Shown here in pieces: positions 30,121-45,000 of a DNA stretch of 64,000 nucleotides. The position numbers were made by a program, and so were the translations under genes. The first letter of the stretch is position 1, and every line of letters starts with the position of its first letter. This stretch comes from Eledone cirrhosa (taxonomy: Eukaryota), in contig OZ024750.1 in assembly GCA_964016885.1 (NCBI GenBank), positions 38,378,001-38,442,000 of the forward strand. The letters run 5' to 3'. The notes beneath the pieces were generated by a model. It was given only the letters and a program-made list of their open reading frames with translations, made no database searches and was not told the origin of the DNA.

Positions 30121-33100
30121 GTACACTGTATGTGATGTACCATGAAGCTATGACTAACCTGTACACTCTATGTGATGTACCATGAAGCTATGGCTAACCT
30201 GTACACTGTATGTGATGTACCATGAAGCTATGGCTAACCTGTACACTGTATGTGATGTACCATGAAGCTATGGCTAACCTGTACACTGTATGTGATGTAC
30301 CATGAAGCTATGGCTAACCTGTACACTGTATGTGATGTACCATGAAGCTATGTCTAACCTGTACACTGTATATGATGTACCATGAAGCTATGACTAACAT
30401 GTACACTGTATGCGATGTACCATGAAGCTATGACTAACCTGTACACTGTATGTGATGTACCATGAAGCTATGACTAACCTGTACACTGTATGTGATGTAC
30501 CATGAAGCTATGACTAGCCTGTACACTGTATGTGATGTACCATGAAGCTATGACTAACCTATACACTGTATGTGATGTACCATGTAGCTATGACTAACCT
30601 TTACACTGTATGTGATGTACCATGAAGCTATGGCTAACCTGTACACTGTATGTGATGTACCATGAAGCTATGGCTAACCTGTACACTGTATGTGATGTAC
30701 CATGAAGTTATGACTAACATGTACACTGTATGTGATGTACCATGAAGCTATGACTAACCTGTACACTGTATGTGATGTACCATGAAGCTATGGATAACTT
30801 GTACACTGTATGTGATGTACCATGAAGCTATGACTAACCTATACACTCTATGTGATGTACCATGAAGCTATGACTAACCTGTACACTGTATGTGATGTAC
30901 CATGAAGCTATGACTAACCTATACACTGTATGTGATGTACCATGAAGCTATGACTAACCTGTACACTGTATGTGATGTACCATGAAGCTATGGCTAACCT
31001 GTACACTCTATGTGATGTACCATGAAGCTATGACTAAACTATACACTGTATGTGATGTACCATGCAGCTATGACTAACCTGTACACTGTTTGTGATGTAC
31101 CATGAAGCTATGGCTAACATGTACACTGTATGTGATGTACCTTGAAGCTATGGCTACCCTGTACACTGTATGTGATGTACCATGAAGTTATAGCTAACCT
31201 GTACACTGTATGTGATGTACTATGAAGCTATGACTAATCTGTACACTGTATGTGATGTACCATGAAGATATGACTAATCTGTACACTGTATGTGATGTAA
31301 CATGAAGCTATAGCTAACCTGTACACTGTATGTGATGTACCATGAAGCTATGACTAACCTATACACTGTATGTGATGTACCATGAAGCTATTGCTAACAT
31401 GTACACTGTATGTGATGTACCATGAAGTTATAGCTAACCTGTACACTGTATGTGATGTACCATGAAGCTATGACTAATCTGTACACTGTATGTGATGTAC
31501 CATGAAGCTATAGCTAACCTGTACACTGTATGTGATGTACCATGAAGTTATAGCTAACCTGTACACTGTATGTGATGTACCATGAAGCTATGACTAATCT
31601 GTACACTGTATGTGATGTACCATGAAGCTATAGCTAACCTGTACACTGTATGTGATGTACCATGAAGCTATGACTAACCTGTACACTGTATGTGATGTAC
31701 CATGAAGCTATGACTAACCTGTACACTGTATGTGATGTAACATGAAGCTATAGCTAACCTGTACACTGTATGTGATGTACCATGAAGCTATGACTAACCT
31801 ATACACTGTATGTGATGTACCATGAATATATAGCTAACCTGTACACTGTATGTGATGTAACATGAAGCTATGACTAACCTGTACACTGTATGTGATGTAC
31901 CATGAAGCTATGACTAACCTGTACACTCTATGTGATGTACCATGAAGCTATGGCTAACCTGTACACTGTATGTGATGTACCATGAAGCTATGGCTAACCT
32001 GTACACTGTATGTGATGTACCATGAAGCTATGGCTAACCTGTACACTGTATGTGATGTACCATGAAGCTATGGCTAACCTGTACACTGTATGTGATGTAC
32101 CATGAAGCTATGTCTAACCTGTACACTGTATATGATGTACCATGAAGCTATGACTAACATGTACACTGTATGCGATGTACCATGAAGCTATGACTAACCT
32201 GTACACTGTATGTGATGTACCATGAAGCTATGACTAACCTGTACACTGTATGTGATGTACCATGAAGCTATGACTAGCCTGTACACTGTATGTGATGTAC
32301 CATGAAGCTATGACTAACCTATACACTGTATGTGATGTACCATGTAGCTATGACTAACCTTTACACTGTATGTGATGTACCATGAAGCTATGGCTAACCT
32401 GGCCACTGTATGTGATGTACCATGAAGCTATGGCTAACCTGTACACTGTATGTGATGTACCATGAAGTTATGACTAACATGTACACTGTATGTGATGTAC
32501 CATGAAGCTATGACTAACCTGTACACAGTATGTGATGTACCATGAAGCTATGGATAACCTGTACACTATATGTGATGTACCATGAAGCTATGACTAACCT
32601 ATACACTCTATGTGATGTACCATGAAGCTATGACTAACCTGTACACTGTATGGGATGTACCATGAAGCTATGACTAACCTATACACTGTATGTGATGTAC
32701 CATGAAGCTATGACTAACCTGTACACTGTATGTGATGTACCATGAAGCTATGGCTAACCTGTACACTCTATGTGATGTACCATGAAGCTATGACTAAACT
32801 ATACACTGTATGTGATGTAACATGCAGCTATGACTAACCTGTACACTGTTTGTGATGTACCATGAAGCTATGGCTAACATGTACACTGTATGTGATGTAC
32901 CTTGAAGCTATGGCTAACCTGTACACTGTATGTGATGTACCATGAAGTTATAGCTAACCTGTACACTGTATGTGATGTACTATGAAGCTATGACTAATCT
33001 GTACACTGTATGTGATGTACCATGAAGCTATGACTAATCTGTACACTGTATGTGATGTAACATGAAGCTATAGCTAACCTGTACACTGTATGCGATGTAC

Positions 33101-36100
33101 CATGAAGCTATGACTAACCTATACACTGTATGTGATGTACCATGAAGCTATTGCTAACATGTACACTGTATGTGATGTACCCTGAAGTTATAGCTAACCT
33201 GTACACTGTATGTGATGTACCATGAAGCTATGACTAACCTGTACACTCTATGTGATGTACCATGAAGCTATGGCTAACCTGTACACTGTATGTGATGTAC
33301 CATGAAGCTATGGCTAACCTGTACACTGTATGTGATGTACCACGAAGCTATGACTAACCTGTACACTGTATGTGATGTACCATGAAGCTATGACTAACCG
33401 ATACACTGTATGTGATGTACCATGAAGCTATGACTAACCTGTACACTGTATGTGATGTACCATGAAGCTATGACTAACCTGTACACTGTATGTGATGTAC
33501 TATGAAGCTATGACTAACCTATACACTGTATGTGATGTACCATGAAGCTATGACTAACCCGTACACTGTATGTGATGTACCATGAAGCTATGACTAACCT
33601 ATACACTGTATGTGATGTACCATGAAGCTATGACTAATCTGTACACTGTATGTGATGTACCATGAAGCTATGGCTAACCTGTACACTGTTTGTGATGTAC
33701 CATGAAGCTATGGCTAACCTGTACACTGTATGTGATGTACCATGAAGTTATAGCTAACCTGTACACTGTATGTGATGTACCATGAAGCTATGACTAATCT
33801 GTACACTGTATGTGATGTACCATGAAGCTATAGCTAACCGGTACACTGTATGTGATGTACCATGAAGCTATGACTAACCTGTACACTGTATGTGATGTAC
33901 CATGAAACTATGACTAACCTGTACACTGTATGTGATGTAACATGAAGCTATAGTTAACCTGTACACTGTATGTGATGTACCATGAAGCTATGACTAACCT
34001 ATACACTGTATGTGATGTACCATGAAGCTATAGCTAACCTGTACACTGTATGTGATGTACCATCAAGCTATGGCTAACCTGTACACTGTATGTGATGTAC
34101 CATGAAGCTATGACTAACCTGTACACTGTATATGATGTACCATGAAGCTATGACTAACATGTACACTGTATGCGATGTACCATGAAGCTATGACTAACCT
34201 GTACACTGTATGTGATGTACCATGAAGCTATGACTAACCTGTACACTGTATGTGATGTACCATGAAGCTATGACTAACCTATACACTGTATGTGATGTAC
34301 CATGTAGCTATGACTAACCTTTACACTGTATGTGATGTACCATGAAGCTATGGCTAACGTGTACTCTGTATGTGATGTACCATGAAGTTATGACTAACAT
34401 GTACACTGTATGTGATGTACCATGAAGCTATGACTAACCTGTACACTGTATGTGATGTACCATGAAGCTATGGATAACCTGTACACTGTATGTCATGTAC
34501 CATGAAGCTATGACTAACCTATACACTCTATGTGATGTACCATGAAGCTATGACTAACCTGTACACTGTATGTGATGTACCATGAAGCTATGACTAACCT
34601 ATACACTGTATGTGATGTACCATGAAGCTATGACTAACCTGTACACTGTATGTGATGTACCATGAAGCTATGACTAACCTGTACACTGTATGTGATGTAC
34701 CATGAAGCTATGACTAACCTATACACTGTATGTGATGTACCATGCAGCTATGACTAACCTGTACACTGTATGTGATGTACCATGAAGCTATGGCTAACCT
34801 GTACACTGTATGTGATGTACCTTGAAGCTATGGCTAACCTGTACACTGTATGTGATGTACCATGAAGTTATAGCTAACCTGTACACTGTATGTGATGAAC
34901 TATGAAGCTATGACTAATCTGTACACTGTATGTGATATACCATGAAGCTATGACTAATCTGTACACTGTATGTGATGTAACATGAAGCTATAACTAACCT
35001 GTACACTGTATGTGATGTACCATGAAGCTATGGCTAACCTATACACTGTATGTGATGTACCATGAAGCTATGACTAACCTGTACACTGTATGTTATGTAC
35101 CATGAAGCTATGACTAACCTGTACACTCTATGTGATGTACCATGAAGCTATGACTAACCTGTACACTGTATGTGATGTACCATGAAGCTATGACTAACCT
35201 ATACACTGTATGTGATGTACCATGAAGCTATGACTAACCTGTACACTGTATGTGATGTACCATGAAGCTATGGCTAACCTGTACACTGTATGTGATGTAC
35301 CATGAAGCTATGGCTAACCTGTACACTGTATGTGATGTACCATGAAGTTATAGCTAACCTGTACACTGTATGTGATGTACCATGAAGCTATGACTAATCT
35401 GTACACTGTATGTGATGTACCATGAAGCTATAGCTCACCTGTACACTGTATGTGATGTACCATGAAGCTATGACTAACCTGTACACTGTATGTGATGTAC
35501 CATGAAGCTATGACTAACCTGTACACTGTATGTGATGTAACATGAAGCTATAGCTAACCTGTACACTGTATGTGATGTACCATGAAGCTATGACTAACCT
35601 ATACACTGTATGTGATGTACCATGTAGCTATGACTAACCTTTACACTGTATGTGATGTACCATGAAGCTATGGATAACCTGTACACTGTATGTGATGTAC
35701 CATGAAGCTATGACTAACCTATACACTCTACGTGATGTACCATGAAGCTATGACTAACCTGTACACTGTATGTGATGTACCATGAAGCTATGACTAACCT
35801 ATACACTGTATGTGATGTACCATGAAGCTATGACTAACCTGTACACTGTATGTGATGTACCATGAAGCTATGGCTAACCTGTACACTCTATGTGATGTAC
35901 CATGAAGCTATGACTAAACTATACACTGTATGTGATGTACCATGCAGCTATGACTAACCTGTACACTGTTTGTGATGTACCATGAAGCTATGGCTAACAT
36001 GTACACTGTATGTGATGTACCTTGAAGCTATGGCTACCCTGTACACTGTATGTGATGTACCATGAAGTTATAGCTAACCTGTACACTGTATGTGATGAAC

Positions 36101-37440
36101 TATGAAGCTATGACTAATCTGTACACTGTATGTGATGTACCATGAAGCTATAGCTAACCTGTACACTGTATGTGATGTACCATGAAGCTATGACTAACCT
36201 GTACACTGTATGTGATGTACCATGAAGCTATGACTAACCTGTACACTGTATGTGATGTAACATGAAGCTATAGCTAACCTGTACACTGTATGTGATGTAC
36301 CATGAAGCTATGACTAACCTATACACTGTATGTGATGTACCATGAATATATAGCTAACCTGTACACTGTATGTGATGTAACATGAAGCTATGACTAACCT
36401 GTACACTGTATGTGATGTACCATGAAGCTATGACTAACCTGTACACTCTATGTGATGTACCATGAAGCTATGGCTAACCTGTACACTGTATGTGATGTAC
36501 CATGAAGCTATGGCTAACCTGTACACTGTATGTGATGTACCATGAAGCTATGGCTAACCTGTACACTGTATGTGATGTACCATGAAGCTATGGCTAACCT
36601 GTACACTGTATGTGATGTACCATGAAGCTATGTCTAACCTGTACACTGTATATGATGTACCATGAAGCTATGACTAACATGTACACTGTATGCGATGTAC
36701 CATGAAGCTATGACTAACCTGTACACTGTATGTGATGTACCATGAAGCTATGACTAACCTGTACACTGTATGTGATGTACCATGAAGCTATGACTAGCCT
36801 GTACACTGTATGTGATGTACCATGAAGCTATGACTAACCTATACACTGTATGTGATGTACCATGTAGCTATGACTAACCTTTACACTGTATGTGATGTAC
36901 CATGAAGCTATGGCTAACCTGGCCACTGTATGTGATGTACCATGAAGCTATGGCTAACCTGTACACTGTATGTGATGTACCATGAAGTTATGACTAACAT
37001 GTACACTGTATGTGATGTACCATGAAGCTATGACTAACCTGTACACTGTATGTGATGTACCATGAAGCTATGGATAACCTGTACACTGTATGTGATGTAC
37101 CATGAAGCTATGACTAACCTATACACTCTATGTGATGTACCATGAAGCTATGACTAACCTGTACACTGTATGGGATGTACCATGAAGCTATGACTAACCT
37201 ATACACTGTATGTGATGTACCATGAAGCTATGACTAACCTGTACACTGTATGTGATGTACCATGAAGCTATGGCTAACCTGTACACTCTATGTGATGTAC
37301 CATGAAGCTATGACTAAACTATACACTGTATGTGATGTAACATGCAGCTATGACTAACCTGTACACTGTTTGTGATGTACCATGAAGCTATGGCTAACAT
37401 GTACACTGTATGTGATGTACCTTGAAGCTATGGCTAACCT

Positions 37441-37760
37441 GTACACTGTATGTGATGTACCATGAAGCTATGGCTAACCTGTACACTGTATGTGATGTAC
37501 CATGAAGTTATAGCTAACCTGTACACTGTATGTGATGTACCATGAAGTTATAGCTAACCTGTACACTGTATGTGATGTACCATGAAGCTATGGCTAACCT
37601 GTACACTGTATGTGATGTACCATGAAGTTATAGCTAACCTGTACACTGTATGTGATGTACCATGAAGTTATAGCTAACCTGTACACTGTATGTGATGTAC
37701 CATGAAGCTATGGCTAACCTGTACACTGTATGTGATGTACCATGAAGTTATAGCTAACCT
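37441..37760. repeat. 3-monomer (120 bp) micro-expansion, ~2.7 copies
   Basis: The series [tggct, gtta-tagct, gtta-tagct] starts at 37441 and 37561, with a partial copy at 37681. The sister block has a single gtta-tagct monomer at 32921. Confidence 0.85.
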
Positions 37761-39520
37761 GTACACTGTATGTGATGTACTATGAAGCTATGACTAATCT
37801 GTACACTGTATGTGATGTACCATGAAGCTATGACTAATCTGTACACTGTATGTGATGTAACATGAAGCTATAGCTAACCTGTACACTGTATGCGATGTAC
37901 CATGAAGCTATGACTAACCTATACACTGTATGTGATGTACCATGAAGCTATTGCTAACATGTACACTGTATGTGATGTACCCTGAAGTTATAGCTAACCT
38001 GTACACTGTATGTGATGTACCATGAAGCTATGACTAATCTGTACACTGTATGTGATGTACCATGAAGCTATAGCTAACCTGTACACTGTATGTGATGTAC
38101 CATGAAGCTATAGCTAACCTATACACTGTATGTGATGTACCATGAAGCTATGACTAACCGATACACTGTATGTGATGTACCATGAAGCTATGACTAACCT
38201 GTACACTGTATGTGATGTACCATGAAGCTATGACTAACCTGTACACTGTATGTGATGTACTATGAAGCTATGACTAACCTATACACTGTATGTGATGTAC
38301 CATGAAGCTATGACTAACCCGTACACTGTATGTGATGTACCATGAAGCTATGACTAACCTATACACTGTATGTGATGTACCATGAAGCTATGACTAATCT
38401 GTACACTGTATGTGATGTACCATGAAGCTATGGCTAACCTGTACACTGTTTGTGATGTACCATGAAGCTATGGCTAACCTGTACACTGTATGTGATGTAC
38501 CATGAAGTTATAGCTAACCTGTACACTGTATGTGATGTACCATGAAGCTATGACTAATCTGTACACTGTATGTGATGTACCATGAAGCTATAGCTAACCG
38601 GTACACTGTATGTGATGTACCATGAAGCTATGACTAACCTGTACACTGTATGTGATGTACCATGAAACTATGACTAACCTGTACACTGTATGTGATGTAA
38701 CATGAAGCTATAGTTAACCTGTACACTGTATGTGATGTACCATGAAGCTATGACTAACCTATACACTGTATGTGATGTACCATGAAGCTATAGCTAACCT
38801 GTACACTGTATGTGATGTACCATCAAGCTATGGCTAACCTGTACACTGTATGTGATGTACCATGAAGCTATGACTAACCTGTACACTGTATATGATGTAC
38901 CATGAAGCTATGACTAACATGTACACTGTATGCGATGTACCATGAAGCTATGACTAACCTGTACACTGTATGTGATGTACCATGAAGCTATGACTAACCT
39001 GTACACTGTATGTGATGTACCATGAAGCTATGACTAACCTATACACTGTATGTGATGTACCATGTAGCTATGACTAACCTTTACACTGTATGTGATGTAC
39101 CATGAAGCTATGGCTAACGTGTACTCTGTATGTGATGTACCATGAAGTTATGACTAACATGTACACTGTATGTGATGTACCATGAAGCTATGACTAACCT
39201 GTACACTGTATGTGATGTACCATGAAGCTATGGATAACCTGTACACTGTATGTCATGTACCATGAAGCTATGACTAACCTATACACTCTATGTGATGTAC
39301 CATGAAGCTATGACTAACCTGTACACTGTATGTGATGTACCATGAAGCTATGACTAACCTATACACTGTATGTGATGTACCATGAAGCTATGACTAACCT
39401 GTACACTGTATGTGATGTACCATGAAGCTATGACTAACCTGTACACTGTATGTGATGTACCATGAAGCTATGACTAACCTATACACTGTATGTGATGTAC
39501 CATGCAGCTATGACTAACCT

Positions 39521-40200
39521 GTACACTGTATGTGATGTACCATGAAGCTATGGCTAACCTGTACACTGTATGTGATGTACCTTGAAGCTATGGCTAACCT
39601 GTACACTGTATGTGATGTACCATGAAGTTATAGCTAACCTGTACACTGTATGTGATGAACTATGAAGCTATGACTAATCTGTACACTGTATGTGATATAC
39701 CATGAAGCTATGACTAATCTGTACACTGTATGTGATGTAACATGAAGCTATAACTAACCTGTACACTGTATGTGATGTACCATGAAGCTATGGCTAACCT
39801 GTACACTGTATGTAATGTACCTTGAAGCTATAGCTAACCTGTACACTGTATGTGATGTACCATGAAGTTATAGCTAACCTGTACACTGTATGTGATGAAC
39901 TATGAAGCTATGACTAATCTGTACACTGTATGTGATATACCATGAAGCTATGACTAATCTGTACACTGTATGTGATGTAACATGAAGCTATAACTAACCT
40001 GTACACTGTATGTGATGTACCATGAAGCTATGGCTAACCTGTACACTGTATGTGATGTACCTTGAAGCTATGGCTAACCTGTACACTGTATGTGATGTAC
40101 CATGAAGTTATAGCTAACCTGTACACTGTATGTGATGAACTATGAAGCTATGACTAATCTGTACACTGTATGTGATATACCATGAAGCTATGACTAATCT
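39521..40200. repeat. 6-monomer (240 bp) micro-expansion, ~3 copies
   Basis: tgtgatgaac at 39651, 39891, 40131; cttgaagcta at 39581, 39821, 40061; tgtgatatac at 39691, 39931, 40171. Confidence 0.9.
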
Positions 40201-43200
40201 GTACACTGTATGTGATGTACCATGAAGCTATGACAAACCTGTACACTGTATGTGATGTACCATGAAGCTATGACTAACCTATACACTGTATGTGATGTAC
40301 CATGAAGCTATGACTAACCTGTACACTGTATGTTATGTACCATGAAGCTATGACTAACCTGTACACTCTATGTGATGTACCATGAAGCTATGACTAACCT
40401 GTACACTGTATGTGATGTACCATGAAGCTATGACTAACCTATACACTGTATGTGATGTACCATGAAGCTATGACTAACCTGTACACTGTATGTGATGTAC
40501 CATGAAGCTATGGCTAACCTGTACACTGTATGTGATGTACCATGAAGCTATGGCTAACCTGTACACTGTATGTGATGTACCATGAAGTTATAGCTAACCT
40601 GTACACTGTATGTGATGTACCATGAAGCTATGACTAATCTGTACACTGTATGTGATGTACCATGAAGCTATAGCTCACCTGTACACTGTATGTGATGTAC
40701 CATGAAGCTATGACTAACCTGTACACTGTATGTGATGTACCATGAAGCTATGACTAACCTGTACACTGTATGTGATGTAACATGAAGCTATAGCTAACCT
40801 GTACACTGTATGTGATGTACCATGAAGCTATGACTAACCTATACACTGTATGTGATGTACCATGAATATATAGCTAACCTGTACACTGTATGTGATGTAC
40901 CATGAAGCTATGACTAACCTGTACACTGTATGTGATGTACCATGAAGCTATGACTAACCTGTACACTCTATGTGATGTACCATGAAGCTATGGCTAACCT
41001 GTACACTGTATGTGATGTACCATGAAGCTATGGCTAACCTGTACACTGTATGTGATGTACCATGAAGCTATGGCTAACCTGTACACTGTATGTGATGTAC
41101 CATGAAGCTATGGCTAACCTGTACACTGTATGTGATGTACCATGAAGCTATGACTAACCTGTACACTGTATATGATGTACCATGAAGCTATGACTAACAT
41201 GTACACTGTATGTGATGTACCATGAAGCTATGACTAACCTGTACACTGTATGTGATGTACCATGAAGCTATGGCTAACCTGTACACTGTATGTGATGTAC
41301 CATGAAGCTATGGCTAACCTGTACAATGTATGTGATGTACCATGAAGCTATAGCTAACCTGTACACTGTATGTGATGTAACATGAAGCTATGACTAACCT
41401 CTACACTGTATGTGATGTACCATGAAGCTATGACTAACCTGTACACTGTATGTGATGTACCATGAAGCTATAGCTAACCTATACACTGTATGTGATGTAC
41501 CATGAAACTATGACTAAATTGTACACTGTATGTGATGTACCATGAAGCTATGGCTAATCTGTACACTGTATGTGATGTAACATGAAGCTATAGCTAACCT
41601 GTAAACTGTATGTGATGTACCATGAAGCTATGACTAACCTGTACACTGTATGTGATGTACCATGAAGCTATGACTAACCTGTACACTGTATGTGATGTAC
41701 CATGAAGCTATGGCTAACCTGTACACTGTATGTGATGTACCATGAAGCTATGGCTAACCTGTACACTGTATGTGATGTACCATGAAGCTATGGCTAACCT
41801 GTACACTGTATGTGATGTACCATGAAGCTATGGCTAACCTGTACACTGTATGTGATGTACCATGAAGCTATGACTAACCTGTACACTGTATATGATGTAC
41901 CATGAAGCTATGACTAACATGTACACTGTATGCGATGTACCATGAAGCTATGACTAACCTGTACACTGTATGTGATGTACCATGAAGCTATGACTAACCT
42001 GTACACTGTATGTGATGTACCATGAAGCTATGACTAACCTGTACACTGTATGTGATGTACCATGAAGCTATGACTAACCTATACACTGTATGTGATGTAC
42101 CATGTAGCTATGACTAACATTTACACTGTATGTGATGTACCATGAAGCTATGGCTAACCTGTACACTGTATGTGATGTACCATGAAGCTATGGCTAACCT
42201 GTACACTGTATGTGATGTACCATGAAGTTATGACTAACATGTACACTGTATGTGATGTACCATGAAGCTATGACTAACCTGTACACTGTATGTGATGTAC
42301 CATGAAGCTATGGATAACCTGTACACTGTATGTGATGTACCATGAAGCTATGACTAACCTATACACTGTATGTGATGTACCATGACGCTATGACTAACCT
42401 GTACACTGTATGTGATGTACCATGAAGCTATGACTAACCTGTACACTGTATGTGATGTACCATGAAGCTATGACTAACCTATACACTGTATGTGATGTAC
42501 AATGAAGCTAAGACTAACCCGTACACTGTATGTGATGTACCATGAAGCTATGGTTAACCTGTACACTGTATGTGATGTACCATGAAGCTATGGCTAACCT
42601 GTACACTGTATGTGATGTACCATGAAGCTATGGCTAACCTGTACACTGTATGCCATGTACCATGAAGCTATGACTAACCTATACACTGTATGTGATGTAC
42701 CATGAAGCTATGACTAACCTGTACACTGTATGTGATGTACCATGAAGCTATGACTAACCTGTACACTGTTTGTGATGTACCATGAAGCTATGGCTAACCT
42801 TTACACTGTATGTGATGTACCATGAAGTTATAGCTAACCTGTACACTGTATGTGATGTACCATGAAGCTATGACTAATCTGTACACTGTATGTGATGTAC
42901 CATGAAGCTATAGCTAACCTGTACACTGTATGTGATGTACCATGAAGCTATGACTAACCTGTACACTGTATGTGATGTACCATGAAGCTATGACTAACCT
43001 GTACACTGTATGTGATGTAACATGAAGCTATAGCTAACCTGTACACTGTATGTGATGTACCATGAAGCTATGACTAACCTATACACTGTATGTGATGTAC
43101 CATGAATATATAGCTAACCTGTACACTGTATGTGATGTACCATGAAGCTATGACTAACCTGTACACTCTATGTGATGTACCATGAAGCTATGGCTAACCT

Positions 43201-45000
43201 GTACACTGTATGTGATGTACCATGAAGCTATGGCTAACCTGTACACTGTATGTGATGTACCATGAAGCTATGGCTAACCTGTACACTGTATGTGATGTAC
43301 CATGAAGCTATGGCTAACCTGTACACTGTATGTGATGTACCATGAAGTTATGTCTAACCTGTACACTGTATATGATGTACCATGAAGCTATGACTAACAT
43401 GTACACTGTATGTGATGTGCCATGAAGCTATGACTAACCTATACACTGTATGTGATGTACCATGTAGCTATGACTAACCTTTACACTGTATGTGATGTAC
43501 CATGAAGCTATGGATAACCTGTACACTGTATGTGATGTACCATGAAGCTATGACTAACCTATACACTCTACGTGATGTACCATGAAGCTATGACTAACCT
43601 GTACACTGTATGTGATGTACCATGAAGCTATGACTAACCTATACACTGTATGTGATGTACCATGAAGCTATGACTAACCTGTACACTGTATGTGATGTAC
43701 CATGAAGCTATGGCTAACCTGTACACTCTATGTGATGTACCATGAAGCTATGACTAAACTATACACTGTATGTGATGTACCATGCAGCTATGACTAACCT
43801 GTACACTGTTTGTGATGTACCATGAAGCTATGGCTAACATGTACACTGTATGTGATGTACCTTGAAGCTATGGCTACCCTGTACACTGTATGTGATGTAC
43901 CATGAAGTTATAGCTAACCTGTACACTGTATGTGATGAACTATGAAGCTATGACTAATCTGTACACTGTATGTGATATACCATGAAGCTATGACTAATCT
44001 GTACACTGTATGTGATGTAACATGAAGCTATAACTAACCTGTACACTGTATGTGATGTACCATGAAGCTATGACTAACCTATACACTGTATGTGATGTAC
44101 CATGAAGCTATAGCTAACCTGTACACTGTATGTGATGTACCATGAAGTTATAGCTAACCTGTACACTGTATGTGATGTACCATGAAGCTATGACTAATCT
44201 GTACACTGTATGTGATGTACCATGAAGCTATAGCTAACCTGTACACTTTATGTGATGTAACATGAAGCTATAGCTAACCTGTACACTGTATGTGATGTAC
44301 CATGAAGCTATGACTAACCTGTACACTGTATGTGATGTACCATGAAGCTATAGCTAACCTATACACTGTATGTGATGTACCATGAAGCTATGACAAACCT
44401 GTACACTGTATGTGATGTACCATGAAGCTATGACTAACCTATACACTGTATGTGATGTACCATGAAGCTATGACTAACCTGTACACTGTATGTGATGTAC
44501 CATGAAGCTATGACTAACCTGTACACTCTATGTGATGTACCATGAAGCTATGACTAACCTGTACACTGTATGTGATGTACCATGAAGCTATGACTAACCT
44601 ATACACTGTATGTGATGTACCATGAAGCTATGACTAACCTGTACACTGTATGTGATGTACCATGAAGCTATGGCTAACCTGTACACTGTATGTGATGTAC
44701 CATGAAGCTATGGCTAACCTGTACACTGTATGTGATGTACCATGAAGTTATAGCTAACCTGTACACTGTATGTGATGTACCATGAAGCTATGACTAATCT
44801 GTACACTGTATGTGATGTACCATGAAGCTATAGCTAACCTGTACACTGTATGTGATGTACCATGAAGCTATGACTAACCTGTACACTGTATGTGATGTAC
44901 CATGAAGCTATGACTAACCTGTACACTGTATGTGATGTAACATGAAGCTATAGCTAACCTGTACACTGTATGTGATGTACCATGAAGCTATGACTAACCT

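Larger units (their letters stand above)
31601..40860. repeat. Tandem duplication of a ~4.5-kb block; the second copy carries internal expansions (offset 4,520 to 5,240 bp)
   Basis: ggccactgta 32401/36921 and tgggatgtac 32651/37171 (+4520); cctgaagtta 33181/37981 (+4800); tagctaaccg 33831/38591, catcaagcta 34061/38821, gtactctgta 34361/39121 (+4760); tgttatgtac 35091/40331 and tagctcacct 35431/40671 (+5240). Confidence 0.85.
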
